A program made the position numbers and the translations under genes. From the NCBI RefSeq assembly GCF_006345805.1, contig NC_043020.1:24862001-24926000 (forward strand): a stretch of 64,000 bases of DNA, read 5' to 3'. The DNA comes from Octopus sinensis (Eukaryota). Of the stretch, positions 28,785 to 42,054 are shown one piece after another. The notes under the pieces were generated by a model. That model was not told the DNA's origin, did not search any database, and saw nothing but the letters and a program-made list of their open reading frames with translations. The first letter of the stretch is position 1. Each line of letters begins with the position of its first letter.

Positions 28785-29260
28785 CATACACACAGGTGTG
28801 TTTATGAATAGTTTTGTACCAAAAATTCAAATACTATGTACACACACAGCTATCTATATGCATATACACACCTGTACAGATACACGTTTATATATACATA
28901 TACACACTTTCAACAGTACATGCATATATACACATGTACATTCATACACGTATATACGTATATACAAACAGGCCACGTATATACATACGCACATACACTC
29001 ACGTATACACATACGTACACATGTATATAAACACATATACACACAGGTACATACACATCTATCGAATCACACAAAGTGTACACGCGCGCACACACGCACA
29101 CAGTTTCTCTGTTTACATCGAACGATCGATAAAAGTGTGTGAAAACACAAAAAATTATTGATTATTATCACAGGTAGAAGTGGTTGGAAGGTGACAATTA
29201 TAAATGCCCAGTAGTTTACTGGTATTTTTTATAGGTTTATATTAATGTTTATAAATATGT

Positions 29261-29495
29261 TTATATTAATTGAATTCTTCTTCCTCCGGTACATTTAAAC
29301 GGGACATCAACCCAGTTTAAATAAGCCGAGTAAGGACTTGTACTTTTAACGTTCAGGTTAACGCTGAGAACTTGCTGGCCTTTGGTGCTGGCATTAAGCA
29401 GCGAGTTTACTCTCTTGCAAGCATTCAGGTGAGGGTCAAACCTCGGGCCTGCAGAAATAATATCTTCTCTTCCACTCATCCAAATTACGAAGACC
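29261..29495 (-). CDS. Candidate second exon of the same gene (frame ambiguous)
   Basis: Acceptor TTTTTGACTCTACCATGTTTTAG at 29496. Phase 0 reads GLRNLDEWKRRYYFCRPE, then either a weak GTTTGA donor at 29441 or, after a one-base shift, RFDPHLNACKRVNSLL...NWVDVPFKCTGGRR. Confidence 0.3.
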
Positions 29496-29678
29496 CTAAA
29501 ACATGGTAGAGTCAAAAACAACAACACCCTCCTTCTTTGATTTCAGGTAAACCATTTAAAAAAATAATAAGTTAAGCTTTTGTTAAATAAAGGGCACCTT
29601 GGTAGGATCCGGAACCTGAAAGCAATATTTAAAGTTGTGTTGAGAATTTGGTTATAAATCAAAGAATTAGATGCCTAC

Positions 29679-29915
29679 CTCTTGCAGATTTTCCTTTGTT
29701 TGTACCTTATCGAGTAGGTCCATTGCGGTACAAGGTGTGATAAATACAGGTGTGCTTAATGAGAACAGTAATAATAATAATAATAACCAGGTGGTAGGTA
29801 ACCACCCCAGCTGTCTCCAACCGTTTAAAGTAAGCGGGTATTTCCTCCAGTTTGGGTAGAAGCCTTGATAGTGGTAACTTTGGTGTTGGTGAGGTTGTTT
29901 TTGTTGTGGTTGTAT

Positions 29916-29950
<35 letters not shown>

Positions 29951-30260
29951 GATGTTGCTTGCAGTCATATTGGTTTTTGTGTTTGTTATTGTGGTTGTTA
30001 TTGTTGTTGTTGTCGTGGTGGTGGCTTTTGCTGTTGTTTTTATATTGATAATGCATGTTTAAGGGCGACGACGCGGACAACGTCGACGCTGGTGTTAATG
30101 AGACTGAAGATGATGATGATGATGATGGTGATGCTGATGATGCTGACGACGAAGATGATGACAGTGATGAAGATAATGATAATGATGATAACAGTGGTGA
30201 TGAGCAGCTAAATTTCCGGCTCCGAAGCGAAACAAGGCCAGCAGCGTCGTGTGTCCCCAT
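29679..30260 (-). CDS. Candidate first coding exon of an unknown, possibly secreted or membrane-anchored protein
   Basis: 194 open codons with S-, N/H- and Q-rich low-complexity tracts, then WLPTTWLLLLLLLFSLSTPVFITPCTA-MDLLDKVQTKENLQE, ending at a GAG|GTAGGC donor. Caveat: the poly-Leu is encoded by a (TTA)n microsatellite, and no homolog is recognised. Confidence 0.4.
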
Positions 30261-30718
30261 GACAATACGCTCCGTGGTTATAGATGTTGTGATGCGTATA
30301 TATATGTTTGTTTGTGTGTGTGTATATATGTGTATATCTATATGTGTGTATGAGTGTCAAGCCGTCAATCAACGAGGTGGAGGTGACACTGAGAGGTGTT
30401 GTTGTTGTTGTTAACGTGTGTGGTGTGTGTGTATTGTGCGCACACGCGTGTGTATGCGCATAAAACCACTACAACAACAAACACGGCGTGTGTACTCTAG
30501 TGCGTGTGTATGTGTGTTTATATGAACGTGTGTGTTTATATAAATGTATGTATATATATATATATGAATGTCGGTTTATGTATGTGCGTGTATGTGTACA
30601 CTTGTGTGCATGTGTGCGTGCGTGCGTACTCTGTTTATATGGTCATATAATTGCTATGTGTGTGTGCATGTGTTTATATATGTATGTATATACATACATG
30701 TATATATATATATATATG

Positions 30719-30780
<62 letters not shown>

Positions 30781-31509
30781 GAGAGAGAGAGAGTGGGAGA
30801 GAGAGAGAGAGAGAGAGGCTGTTATTGTGTATAATGTTTGTTATTGTACAGAGCCGTGCGTAGATATATATACATACGCGGTATGTGTATATATGTTTAT
30901 ATATATAATCCGTTTTTCTATGTACAGTATGTGTATGTATCTACGTTATTATGTGTGCCTATCTACCGCAATATTTAAATCATGTCTATGCGTATATAGA
31001 TACATGTGTGTGTGTATATGTGTGTGTATATGTGTGTATGTGTAAGTCGGTGTCAAACAGTCGTCGGTAAACGAACCCCAACCAACAGTGTCTGTGAAGA
31101 ACTCCAGAATGCCAGAGACTGGCTTTGGTGGTGGCACGGCAGAAACTGAGTAGCTTCAGCATTAGACACCCTCCTCCCTCTCTCTTTATATCTCCCTCTC
31201 TCTGTCTTTCTATCGCTGCCTGTCGGTCTAGCTTTTTCTACCTCTCCCTCTCTCTCTATATACATATGTATATTTATCTCTTCATCTGCCTCTCTCTCTT
31301 TCCATCACTTTATATCTATCTCTCGTCTTCGGTCTAACTCTCTTTCCCGCTATATGTGTATGTGTGTGTTTGTGTGTCCCCTTATATATCCATTTATCTA
31401 TCTATTTATTGCAAACTGTCGGTCTAGCTTTCTGTCTCTCCGTCTCTCTCTCTCATATTTATATGTATATATATATATATATATCCCTCTGTCGCTGTTT
31501 GCCGCTTTA

Positions 31510-31583
<74 letters not shown>

Positions 31584-31889
31584 CCTGTATGTGTATGTGT
31601 GTGTGTGTGTGGTGTGTGTGTGTATGTATATATTTGTATGTCAGTCCAGTTATCTCGCTTTCCCTCTATATCTAGCTGTCATTTTCTCTTTCTCATATAT
31701 ATATACACACAGCTCTGTCTGTATGTCCCTGTGTCTGTGTGTACGTTTCTCTCTCCGTGTGTCTGTTTAAATGCTTTTGTATTGATGTAGGATTATGCGT
31801 GTGTGCGTGTGTGTGTGTGCGTGTGTGTGTGTGCGTGTGCGTTGGTGACGGCGTGTGAATGTGTGTTTATGAAAGTCTTATGTATGCTT

Positions 31890-31929
<40 letters not shown>

Positions 31930-32066
31930 TCAGGTTTGCTTTGTATATGTATACTCGGCACTATGCGTGCGTGCGTGCATATGCTTGTCTGTGCATGTAC
32001 GCGTGTGTCATTATCCTCGTACTAATGCATATACGTTTAAGTGTGTGTGTGTTTGCACGCCTGCTT

Positions 32067-32109
<43 letters not shown>

Positions 32110-32724
32110 CTGTTATGCGTTTACCTCTGTTAAGTCACTTAATGGAGGCTGAGGAAGTGCAGTGGAAACAGCAGACAGTAAAACAGTGCATTGTATACCA
32201 CCCTTCCCCTCCTTACTTTTATGACATTTTTCTCATTAACGTTCCGAGTTCAAATCCTGCACACAGCCTCCATCACACCGAACAGAGAATAATACAGTTT
32301 TTCTATTCTTTTTTTCTTTTTCTCCTTCTTGTGTGAGTAGAAAGAAATAGTTAATAAACTGAAATACCTGTAATATAGTCGGGTCTCCTAAAGCCGAAAT
32401 AAAGACAACCGTGTCAATTTTTACCTACTGATATGCATTGCCAGTCGCAATTATATTCCTATAGACACAGACAGGGTTGAGTACATCACGGGTTCGCTTC
32501 GCAGCCATATTTAGTACCAATGGCTTTCAACAATTGTAGTCGTGAGACTGAAGTCTTGTCACTAAAATCGGTTAAGGGAAACTATGCAGAAGCCTGCCTG
32601 TAATATGGGCATGTATACATTGTGTGTATAAAGTACATTAAAGTTTATATAAAGTCTATGTTGAAAAATGTGTGTGCGCTCGCACGCGCTTATATATCTT
32701 ACCTCTCACTTGCTTAAGTTATTA

Positions 32725-33060
32725 GACTACGCTCATGCTGGAGCAATGCATTAAAGAGTCCAGTCGAATAAATCACCATTAGATTTTTGGGTTTCTTATT
32801 CTATCAATATTTTTTGCCAAATCGTTAAGTTACTCTTAAGTAAACAAAGCAACACCGGTTGTCAAGCGGAATGGATGGAGCAAACATGCGTACACACGCG
32901 GCGGGCTTGCATGCAGTTTACGTCTATCAAATTCCCTGATAAGGAATTGGTCTGTCCGAGGCTAGAGCAGAAGATACTTGCTGAAGGTGCCGCCTTGTGG
33001 GACTAACACCGAAAGTATGTGGTTGCAAAGCAAACTTCTTTGCCACACAACCGAAACCAA
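32725..33060 (-). mobile_element. SINE family B, degraded
   Basis: CATGCTGGAGCA..CACCGGTTGTCAAGC..GGCTAGAGCAGAAGATACTTGC. Confidence 0.6.
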
Positions 33061-33263
33061 ACTGGCGAATTGGCTTTGAATTAATTTCATTTCGTCATCT
33101 GAAACTTATTTCAAATGAAGATTAAAACTGAATTATCTCATCCAGGCTAAGCTGAGTTTCGAAAGGAAAGCCAAGTAGAACGTCTCTTGCCTGGTATTAC
33201 GTAATTCGGTCATAACTTACACTGAAACACGTGTAAAATGATGTTAAGTAAATATATTCAAAA

Positions 33264-33318
<55 letters not shown>

Positions 33319-33867
33319 GTTTGTCTGGTGTTTCCATTTGTCACCCCCCACCACTTATATCAGATATACCCCCACCAGCCCACCTGCAAAACAATCCACC
33401 CGCTCTCCTCTCTATCCATCATATTTTTACTATTAAATTAAATATATATTTTTAACTCTTCGGCTTCATTCATGCATTGGACTACGACCATGCTGGAGCG
33501 TCGTTAAGTTTTTGTTTATTGTATCTTATCGATCCTTACGCTTATTTTAAAGTATGATACTTTTATCGGACGCCTTTTGTCAAACCTCTAAGTTATGGCA
33601 CATAAAGAGTACCAGTTTTTGTTTGAAGATGATGTCAACATAAAGACTCACACACACTTTGTCTCTGAGACACACGCACAAGGGTAAAAGAAACGACATA
33701 GCAGTTCATTCATTGGAAGGTTTCCCTTGTTCATGCTTGAATGGGGGTCTGGTGTGTTTATCCCTGGTCCGTTACGGCTGTGGCCGTCCACCAGCAACGA
33801 TGTGCATAATTAGCAGCTGAATGAACTAGAGTGGCCAGTCTTCCATACATTCAGAATCGATAAGATA

Positions 33868-34293
33868 ATTTTTTCTACTCTAGGTACAAGGCCCGTAATT
33901 TCGGGGGAGGGGACCAGTCAATTAGATCGACTCCGCAACTGGTTCTTAATTTATCGACCCCGAAAGGATAAAAGGCAAAGTCGACCTCGGCGGAATTTGA
34001 ACTCAGAACGTAACGGCAGACGAAATACGTATTTCTTTACTACCCACAAGGGGCTAAACACAGAGAGGACAAACAAGGACAGACAAACGGATTAAATCGA
34101 TTATATCGACCCAGGTGCGTAACTGGTACTTAATTTATCGACCCCAGTGAGTAACTGGTACTTAATTTATCGCCCCCGAAAGGATAAAAGGCAAAGTCGA
34201 CCTCGGCGGAATTTGAACTCAGAACGTAACGGCAGACGAAATACGGCTACGCATTTCGCCCGGCGTGCTAACGATTCTGCCAACTCGCCGCTT
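33868..34293 (-). mobile_element. SINE family A dimer with a small internal duplication
   Basis: Same junction (one substitution); duplicated TAACTGGTACTTAATTTATCG; degenerate TSD GATA(A)AGATAA on both sides. Confidence 0.88.
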
Positions 34294-34759
34294 TGGAGTT
34301 GATAAAGATAACGAAGGAGTGCTAATGTCGATTCAATCGATGCATCCTTTCCTAAGAAATTCCTGATCTTGTGTTTACATTTGCAAGTTTTATAAGTAGG
34401 GGATTGGCAGAGTCGTTAGAGTAGTATTTCTGTTATGGTTCTTTATGCTCCGAGTTCAAATCCAACTAAGATCAACTTTGCTTTTCATATTTCAGAAGCC
34501 GATAAATAAGATTAAAGTGATACCTCGCAGTAAAAGTTTAATTTGCTCCAAGACCGAGTTTGTCTTACGATTTACTCCTTTAACAAATCAATTTTCCTCA
34601 TTGAAATTAACTAAAATATAATTAATCTGTTCCACTCCCACAAAAGCCACTCAAAAATAATTTTTCATGGGTTTGAAAACAGAAAAAGGTATAGCTACAT
34701 GTTAAATGGCGATTATAAAACAAGAGAATGCAAAGGAATTCATAAACTGGTTTTAGTAA

Positions 34760-34899
34760 TTGAATTACCTTAAAGATGGCGACGATTTTTGTGCTCGTAC
34801 TGCAGATTTTGCGCTCGTACTTCCAGACAAAAATTCGCACGAGGCTCGTACCGCAAATTACTTGTACAATGGTAAAACTCGTACTGCGAGGTTCTACTG
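34760..34899. mobile_element. Tigger-like element right end with CTCGTAC subterminal repeats
   Basis: CGAGGTTCTACTG|TA terminus; four CTCGTAC copies upstream; left end not found. Confidence 0.55.
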
Positions 34900-35069
34900 T
34901 ACTTCAAACTCTGTTGTGTGCTCGCTGCCATAACATGTATATTCCAACTCAGTTAAGGGCAGAAGAACCGAGACGGTGTTTCTAGTTGCTTTTTAGCCTT
35001 TACTAGATTTTTTTTTTTTTTTAATGTTCTAAGTTCAAATCGTCATGAGATCAAACTTCGTCTTTCGCA

Positions 35070-35245
35070 TTTTTTTTTCTACTCTAGGCACAAGGCCCGA
35101 AATTTTGGGGGAGGTGGGGCAGTCGATTAGATCAACCACAGTATGCAACTGGTACTTAATTTATCGACTCCCGAAAGGACGAAAGGCAAAGTCGAATTTG
35201 GTGGAATTTGACCTCAGAACGTAAAGACAGACGAAATATCTAAGC
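35070..35245 (-). mobile_element. SINE family A, 5'-truncated
   Basis: TTTTCTACTCTAGGCACAAGGCCCGAAATTTT tail and body. Confidence 0.8.
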
Positions 35246-35299
35246 TTGTCTTTCATATTTTAGAAACCGATAAGAAGGGAAAACGAAAAACTGCAAACC

Positions 35300-36170
35300 A
35301 ATGTCTGTCTCCCATACACAACCTGGAGGAGGTATGAAGGTGTGTGTCTGCTCGTGACACTAATAAAACAATGAAGGGGATCTGGGGACACGCTACTAAA
35401 ACATAGCTGCAAGTGACGGCTGTAGTTTTTAATATGGTTGCAATTATTATTCTGCATATGTAAATCCACCCTCGAGCGGTATGAGTCATCACTTGACCAG
35501 CACCGCTTAACATGACTCCGTCCTGCCTCGCAGCCATATAGCAGTGAATGACTCAATTCGATGCCCTCTTCATCTGCCGACACCTTTCCAGATGGATGCA
35601 TCCGTTTTGGAGTGGACCAACGCCTCGGTTTTTGCATGTACAAGCTGCATAAATGTCACTGCGGTGCAGTAGTAGATGAATTCGGCCTTCATCCTTTATC
35701 CTGCAACCCTGAATGACATCATCAGAAGAGACCTTGACGCGGCTGGCTTCCCGTCTCAACTGAAGCAGATCTTGACTGCGGGGACGGTTCACGCCCCAAC
35801 GGGATAACCCGCTAACGCTCTTCCCATTCGGGGGAGGCAGATCTCTAGTCTGGGACATGACCTGCAGCGGCACGTTCTTCGGCTCCAACCTCAGGGTATC
35901 TGCTGCAAACCCGGTGTCGTCGCCGTAACGCGGAGGAGAGAAAAATGACTACAGGAGCCTGGCCGGGTGTTAACCAGTTTGTGCCGGTTACCATCGATAT
36001 ATCAGGTGTTTTAGAGCCCCTTACTACCGATTTCCGCCACAAAATAGAAATAGTGGCGGCCCGTTTGAGAAATGAGACCTGCGAGGTGAAGTGGTTGCTG
36101 CAGCGAGTGCCACTGACCATTCTCCGCGGCATCGCCATCGCATTGATTACCACGGAGCGCAACTAAATAC
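35300..36170 (+). mobile_element. CRE-clade non-LTR retrotransposon 3' fragment (zinc knuckle plus restriction-like endonuclease), degenerate
   Basis: Across frames: QRLG..CHCGAVVDEFGLHPLSC; LNDIIRRDL; DGSRPNG; LVWDMTC; AEERK; QFVPVTID..G; WLLQRVPLTILRG. Confidence 0.75.
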
Positions 36171-36784
36171 CCCTCTTGTTCTGAGATTTTTTTTCATGTT
36201 TTAACGTGTATGTTAGTAAATAAAAAGTTTCTCTCAGAGTTACGAAAAAAGGAAAGCCGAAAATGTGTACGACATAAAAAAGAAAAGTTAGAGCAATGAT
36301 GAACGCCAGGAGCAGTTTTAAGTGTTTGGCCATGGTGCCATTGACGAAAAGGATTTGGAACAAGAAGAAACACTTAGCCGAGATATATTTCTCTTAGCAA
36401 AGCTTTGAAAATATGAAGGGCGACGTTTTGGCAAAGGCCCTGTCATTGAAGGAAAAAATCAGAGGAATGTTACCTGCCTGTATCGTCAAAAGGAGGGCAG
36501 GTTTCCGTCTGCCGCGGTAAGATCAATTAGAAGTGGTTGTAATCCAGATGGATGCGGTGGCACCGTGTTTAATGGACGATGGAATACTGTAACGAGAAAA
36601 GAAGTTGTCACAAGTTAGTCACGTAACGTGTTTAGGGTAGGGTTCTTATATATGAGGTATGGGTGAGGTGTATGTGTCAGTGTGGGTATATATGTGTCAG
36701 TGTGTGTAGGGGGTAGCGTGTGTGAGGCAGTACGTGTGTATCAGTCTGTGTATGTGTGATAGTGTGTGTGTTTACGTGTGTATA

Positions 36785-37339
36785 CAAGCAGGAAGTAAAT
36801 AGACACCTTTAATTTTCAAACTCTTTTATTTGATATTAATAGGCTGAAGGAGAGGTTTTCTTCTAGCTGCTCGTCCATAATACCCAAGCTTATGCAGATA
36901 TGTAACACACGTTCTTGGACCTAACTTCTAGCTGTTTTGCAATGTCAGAATCTTTTGAACTGGGTTCGTTTCCCACAATTCTCTTCAAACAGCGAAGCTT
37001 CCTTTCCGAGGGCCCAGGTCGGCCGGGACGAGAATCTGTTGATTCTTTACCTTGGCTTTTGAATTGCACTATAATTCTATTAACAGTAGCAAGAGGAATT
37101 TGCAGATTTTCTGCAATTTATCGCTGGCCTCAGATTGTCCAACAATATATGACCTCTTTGAAAATCTGACAGTTGTGCTGAATTTTTTGTGCGTGGCATG
37201 GTTACTCATCGCAAGTGTTTAATATAATGGCTTCTGGAAGGAAAAACAATAATTACATTGTAAATTCTACACCGCTGAAAATATATTATGACGCTTAGAT
37301 CAGAAATTTTAAGAATTAAAGGTGTCTATTTACTGTCTG
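36785..37339 (-). mobile_element. Tc1-like internal-deletion derivative retaining the N-terminal DNA-binding region
   Basis: TIRs containing AGTAAATAGACACCTTTAATT with TA at both ends; MPRTK..LSDFQRG and [20 protein letters not shown] across frameshifts. Confidence 0.85.
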
Positions 37340-37394
37340 TATGTCTATGTATATGTCAGGGTGTGTGTATGTGCTGTATTTATTTCTCTGGCCC

Positions 37395-37805
37395 CGACAA
37401 AATGCTTAGCAGTATTTCGTCTTTCTTTACCTTCTCAATTTAAATGCCGACGAGATCGAATATGCCTTTCATCCTTTCGGGGTCGAAAGAATGAAAGGGA
37501 AGTTGATTGCTCCGGTCGATGTAACCGAGTGGCCCCTTCCCCTGCTTCCAAATTTCAGGCCTTGTGTCTGTATTAGAAAGGGTTTATCATTGTTCTAATG
37601 TGGCAAGCTGGCAGAATCGTTAGCGCACCGGGGAAAATGCTTAGCAACATTTCGTCCGTCGCTACGTTCTGAGTTCAAATTCCATCGAAGTCGACTTTGC
37701 CTTTCACCCTTTCGGGGTCAATAAAATGAGTACTGGGGTCGATGTAATAGATTGGTCCCCTCTCCCAAAATTCCATGCCTAGTGCCTATCGTAGAAAGGA
37801 TTATT
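37395..37805 (+). mobile_element. Two tandem SINE family A copies
   Basis: AATGCTTAGC..GTTCTGAGTTCAAAT..GTCGACTTTGCCTTTCA in both copies. Confidence 0.8.
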
Positions 37806-38779
37806 ATTATTATAATTAATCCCACGGATATCAACATTAGAGTCCGATAAAATAAAGCCCCTGTCAAGCACAGAATCGATGGTAACTGCTTTCTCTCCTA
37901 AAGATGGTTGTCTAAATTAAAAAGCCATTATTTGGCGTCATTTTCAGAGAAGGAAGAGTTAGATCGCATGACTTTATTAAGGGCCAACAAAATTGGTGGG
38001 AAGAAGCAAGTTATACTCTGAGCAGAGGTGGGATTTGAACACTTGCAATAGTGTTGAGTACTTTTAATACACCCAAAGGCCAGATGGTGATGTGGTAAAA
38101 AAAAAAGTGGTAATGGGGGGGGGGGGGCAAAAGGGGTGAAGTAGTGTAATGGATAGAGCGGTGTTAAGCTGGGCGACCCGAAACAGGTTAAAAGAAAATG
38201 AAGGAGGATCAGTTATGATTTTATTCACCATATTCCCTTCTCAGATTTCTACACTTATTGCAGCGGTCCTTAAGTTTTTCTAATCCCTTTAAAAAAACTC
38301 GTTAGGTTGTGCCTCCAACCAGGCCTTTCGCGACAACCTTAAAACCATGAACTTTTCAACACCCCTTCGCATATATTTACACACACCTTCATTTTATTGT
38401 TATATACACTCAGAAACACCCTTCACTGCACCCGAGAAAAAGTTACATTTACTGTTTGCTTTGGGGCGGCTCAACTCTCCACACAAACATGTAAAGAAGC
38501 GATCCCTTTTTCTCTCTCCCCTTATCACACATCCACGTCTCTGCCTATATTCAAGATAGTTGTGGAGATTTGGTGTGGCTTAGTATATGACCGTCAAGAA
38601 AACCGAATTTTGAAATAGGTTCTGCACATTCGCCATTTATTGTATCTCAATGACTCGTAAGAAAAAAATGCGGAAGAGAGAGGCGTAAGGTATTAGTTGG
38701 TCTCAATCCAGCGCTAATTAAGACCCAGGGTCTTCGACATAATAAAATACCAGTCAATTTAATGTTTCTATAAAGCGTA

Positions 38780-38975
38780 AGATGGCGAACTGGCACGCTG
38801 GCCAAAATGAGTAGCGATAATTAGTCCGTTTTTAAGCTTTGAGTTCAAATTCTGCCCAGGTCGATTTTGCCTTTCATTGTTTCGGGATCGATAAAATTAG
38901 TACCAGTTAAGCATTGGGGTCGATATTATTGATTTCTCTCCCCGGAAATTGTTTTTTGTGCCAAAATTTGTAACC
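38780..38975 (+). mobile_element. SINE family A monomer
   Basis: GGCGAACTGGC head and GAGTTCAAATTCTGCCCAGGTCGA body. Confidence 0.75.
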
Positions 38976-39599
38976 CATATCTCTATAAAACAACCTCGAC
39001 CACTAGAGCTTCCCATACTGGACAGATCAAAGGACAGAGGCCAAACTAATATCGCCCACCTCTTTCCAGTTGTAAGAATAGGTTTGCATCAGGCCAACAC
39101 TTCTAGTTTGAAAATAAGAAAATCCAGAAGCCTCGATGACAATTGAAAACCAACAAGAATATAAAAGAGAGAAGAGTTGAGAACAGAGGAGAAAGGTCAT
39201 CGATAGCTTCTGGTCGCTAAGGAGCTTATATCATCGACCACTCAAGTAATAAAGTATAAACCTTTTCAACAGGTAAAACCTTTATAAAACACTAAATAAA
39301 AAAACATACTGTGTCCATCTTCCCACTCTCTCTCTTTCTCTCGCTCTCTCTCTTCCCTTCTACACTCTATTGTCTCCTCTCCTTTCTCTCCTTCACCACA
39401 CTCTCTTACCTCAATTCTTTCTCTCCACCTTCTCCTCCTACCACGGCTCTCTCTCTCCTTTCTTATTACTTACTCATCCACCCACTCACCCCTTCCCGAA
39501 TCAGCAATGATAACTTTATATTAGTTGCTTCCCAACCTTGGGTCCGCAGAACCCTAGTGGTTTGCAAATGTAATACTGAGTGGGGGGAGGGCATGTACT

Positions 39600-39935
39600 A
39601 AATTCCAAATTTCATGAGCAAGTGTCTTCTATAGCCTCAGGCTGACCAAAGCCTTGTTAGTGTATTTGGTAGACGGAAACTGAAAGAAGCCCGTCGTATA
39701 TATATATATATATATATATACATATATAGATATAGTGGGGGGCTTCTGTTTCCCCATCATTTCCTGACAACTGATGTTGGCGTGTTTACGTCCCGTAACT
39801 TAGCGATTCGGCAAAAGGGTCCGATATAGAATAAGTACAAGGCTTACAAAGAATAAATCCTGGGGTCGATTTATTCGACTATAGGCGATGCTCCAGCATG
39901 GTCGAACTCAATGGCTGAAGGAGATAAAAGAATAA
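39600..39935 (+). mobile_element. SINE family B, 5'-truncated
   Basis: GCAAGTGTCTTCTATAGCC..GGAAACTGAAAGAAGCCCGTCG..(TA)n..GCTCCAGCATGG. Confidence 0.8.
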
Positions 39936-39966
39936 TTAGATAAATGTGTGTGTGTGTGTTCTGCAG

Positions 39967-40045
<79 letters not shown>

Positions 40046-40505
40046 GGTACACATACACACACATTCGGATAGGCATATTAAAAGAGATCTGAGGGAAAGC
40101 TCATTTAAGTAAAAGGGTTGCGAACCACTCCGGCTAGAAATAACAGCCTAATCTCACCCTACTGGCTTCAACAATTAGACGACGTTGGATCTGGGTTCCG
40201 AGAAGGTAGGTAGAAAGAGTAGAGGTGGTCAAAACTGGAACGTCTTGCATTGTAGAACGTCTCCATGAAGACTGACCTGGAACTAAATATCTCTCTACAT
40301 TTCTCTCTTCCTCGTCACATCTTTGTCTTCTTTTTTGTCTTTCTTTCTTTTTACCTCTTCCTACTCCTCTCTCCCCCTCTCGCTCCCACTCTCATCTTTA
40401 TCACTCTTTCTCACCTTTTCCCACTTTTTGCTCTCACCGTCTCTCTATTCCCTTTTTTACAAAACAAACTCTTCCTTTTTCTTTCTTCATCCCGCTTTTA
40501 TCCTT

Positions 40506-40521
40506 TCTACTCCGTCTCTCT

Positions 40522-40571
<50 letters not shown>

Positions 40572-40674
40572 CACTTCTCCTCTCATCACTCTCTCCCTCC
40601 CCACTCTCTCTATTCCTATTTGTCTCTCGATCTTTCTTTTCACCTAGTTTGCTCTTATTTTCTTCCGCTCCGCT

Positions 40675-40749
<75 letters not shown>

Positions 40750-40781
40750 CCTACCTACCTACCACCTACCTACCTACCTAC

Positions 40782-40838
<57 letters not shown>

Positions 40839-40888
40839 ATCTATCTATCTATCTATCTATCTACCTACCTACCTACCTACCTACCTAC

Positions 40889-40925
<37 letters not shown>

Positions 40926-40974
40926 ATCTATCTATCTATCTATTACCTACCTACCTACCTACCTACCTACCTAC

Positions 40975-41045
<71 letters not shown>

Positions 41046-41130
41046 CCTATCTATCTTGTCTGTCAGCCTATCTGTCTGTCCATCTTTCTATCTATTTATC
41101 TATCTGTATGTATCTATCTATCTATCTATC
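40506..41130. repeat. Compound (CT)n/(TCTA)n/(TACC)n microsatellite
   Basis: Direct inspection. Confidence 0.98.
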
Positions 41131-41969
41131 CATAACCTTTTTTCCTCAGACACACACACACGCGCGCGCGCACAGACGTGAGAACCCCCCTCTCTCTCCC
41201 TCTCTATCATAATAAACTGATTACCGGTATATGCGTGCGTGTGAGAATGCGTATGTGACTATATGCTTGTGTGTCTATATCTAAATACGCACACACGCAC
41301 ACATATGTGTGCGTGTGTGTGGCACGCGTATATATATGTGCGTGCGTGTGTGTATGTGTGTGTGTGTAACGTTTTCAATCCAGCGCTAATTAGACACACA
41401 CACACACACACACATATACATATTTATTCATATATATATATATATATATATATGAATATATGTATGTATCCGTCAAGCTATCTATTTTACTTTCTCTTTC
41501 TACCTATCGGTAGCTATCTGCACACACACACACACACACATAAAAATGAATTCCTACTAACACCATACAATCACAAAATCACACACATACGTAAAAACGT
41601 GTATCAGTGTGTACGAGTGCGCGTCTGCGAGTGAGTGCGCGCGCGAGAGGGCGTGCGTGTCCGTGTGCGGGTTAACCAAACTCCCTATCAACGTCTCTAT
41701 ACCTGTACAATATTCGCCGGCGCAGAGCAAAAACCTCTTTCCTCAGACACACACTCACGCGCGCACACGCACATGTGCACCCCCCTCTCTCTCCCCCTCT
41801 CTCTATATCATACTAAACTGATTACCGGTAGACGCGTGCGTGTGAGAATGCGTGTGTGACTATATGCCTGTCTATCTATATAAGTATATGTGTGTCCGTG
41901 TGTCCCTTTACATTTCCCTCTGTCGGCTGTGTTCGCCTTCCTCCCAGTTGTGTTCCCATCTCACCGCGC

Positions 41970-42023
41970 TGTAGTAGTAGTAGTAGTATAGTAGTAGTAG
42001 TAGTAGTATAGTAGTAGTAGTAT

Positions 42024-42054
<31 letters not shown>

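Noticed and set aside
29261-29700. Reading the region as one intronless GPR158-like Cache ectodomain
   Set aside because: It needs about six frameshifts in 250 bp and the resemblance is a few short motifs from memory; an HHpred search would decide.
29852-30414. Plus-strand poly-V and poly-D ORFs
   Set aside because: Antisense shadows of the triplet repeats in the minus-strand candidate exon.
37904-38020. Exon-like frame (WLSKLKSHYLASF...) in phase with 36398-36516
   Set aside because: The apparent acceptor lies within a decayed SINE family A tail.
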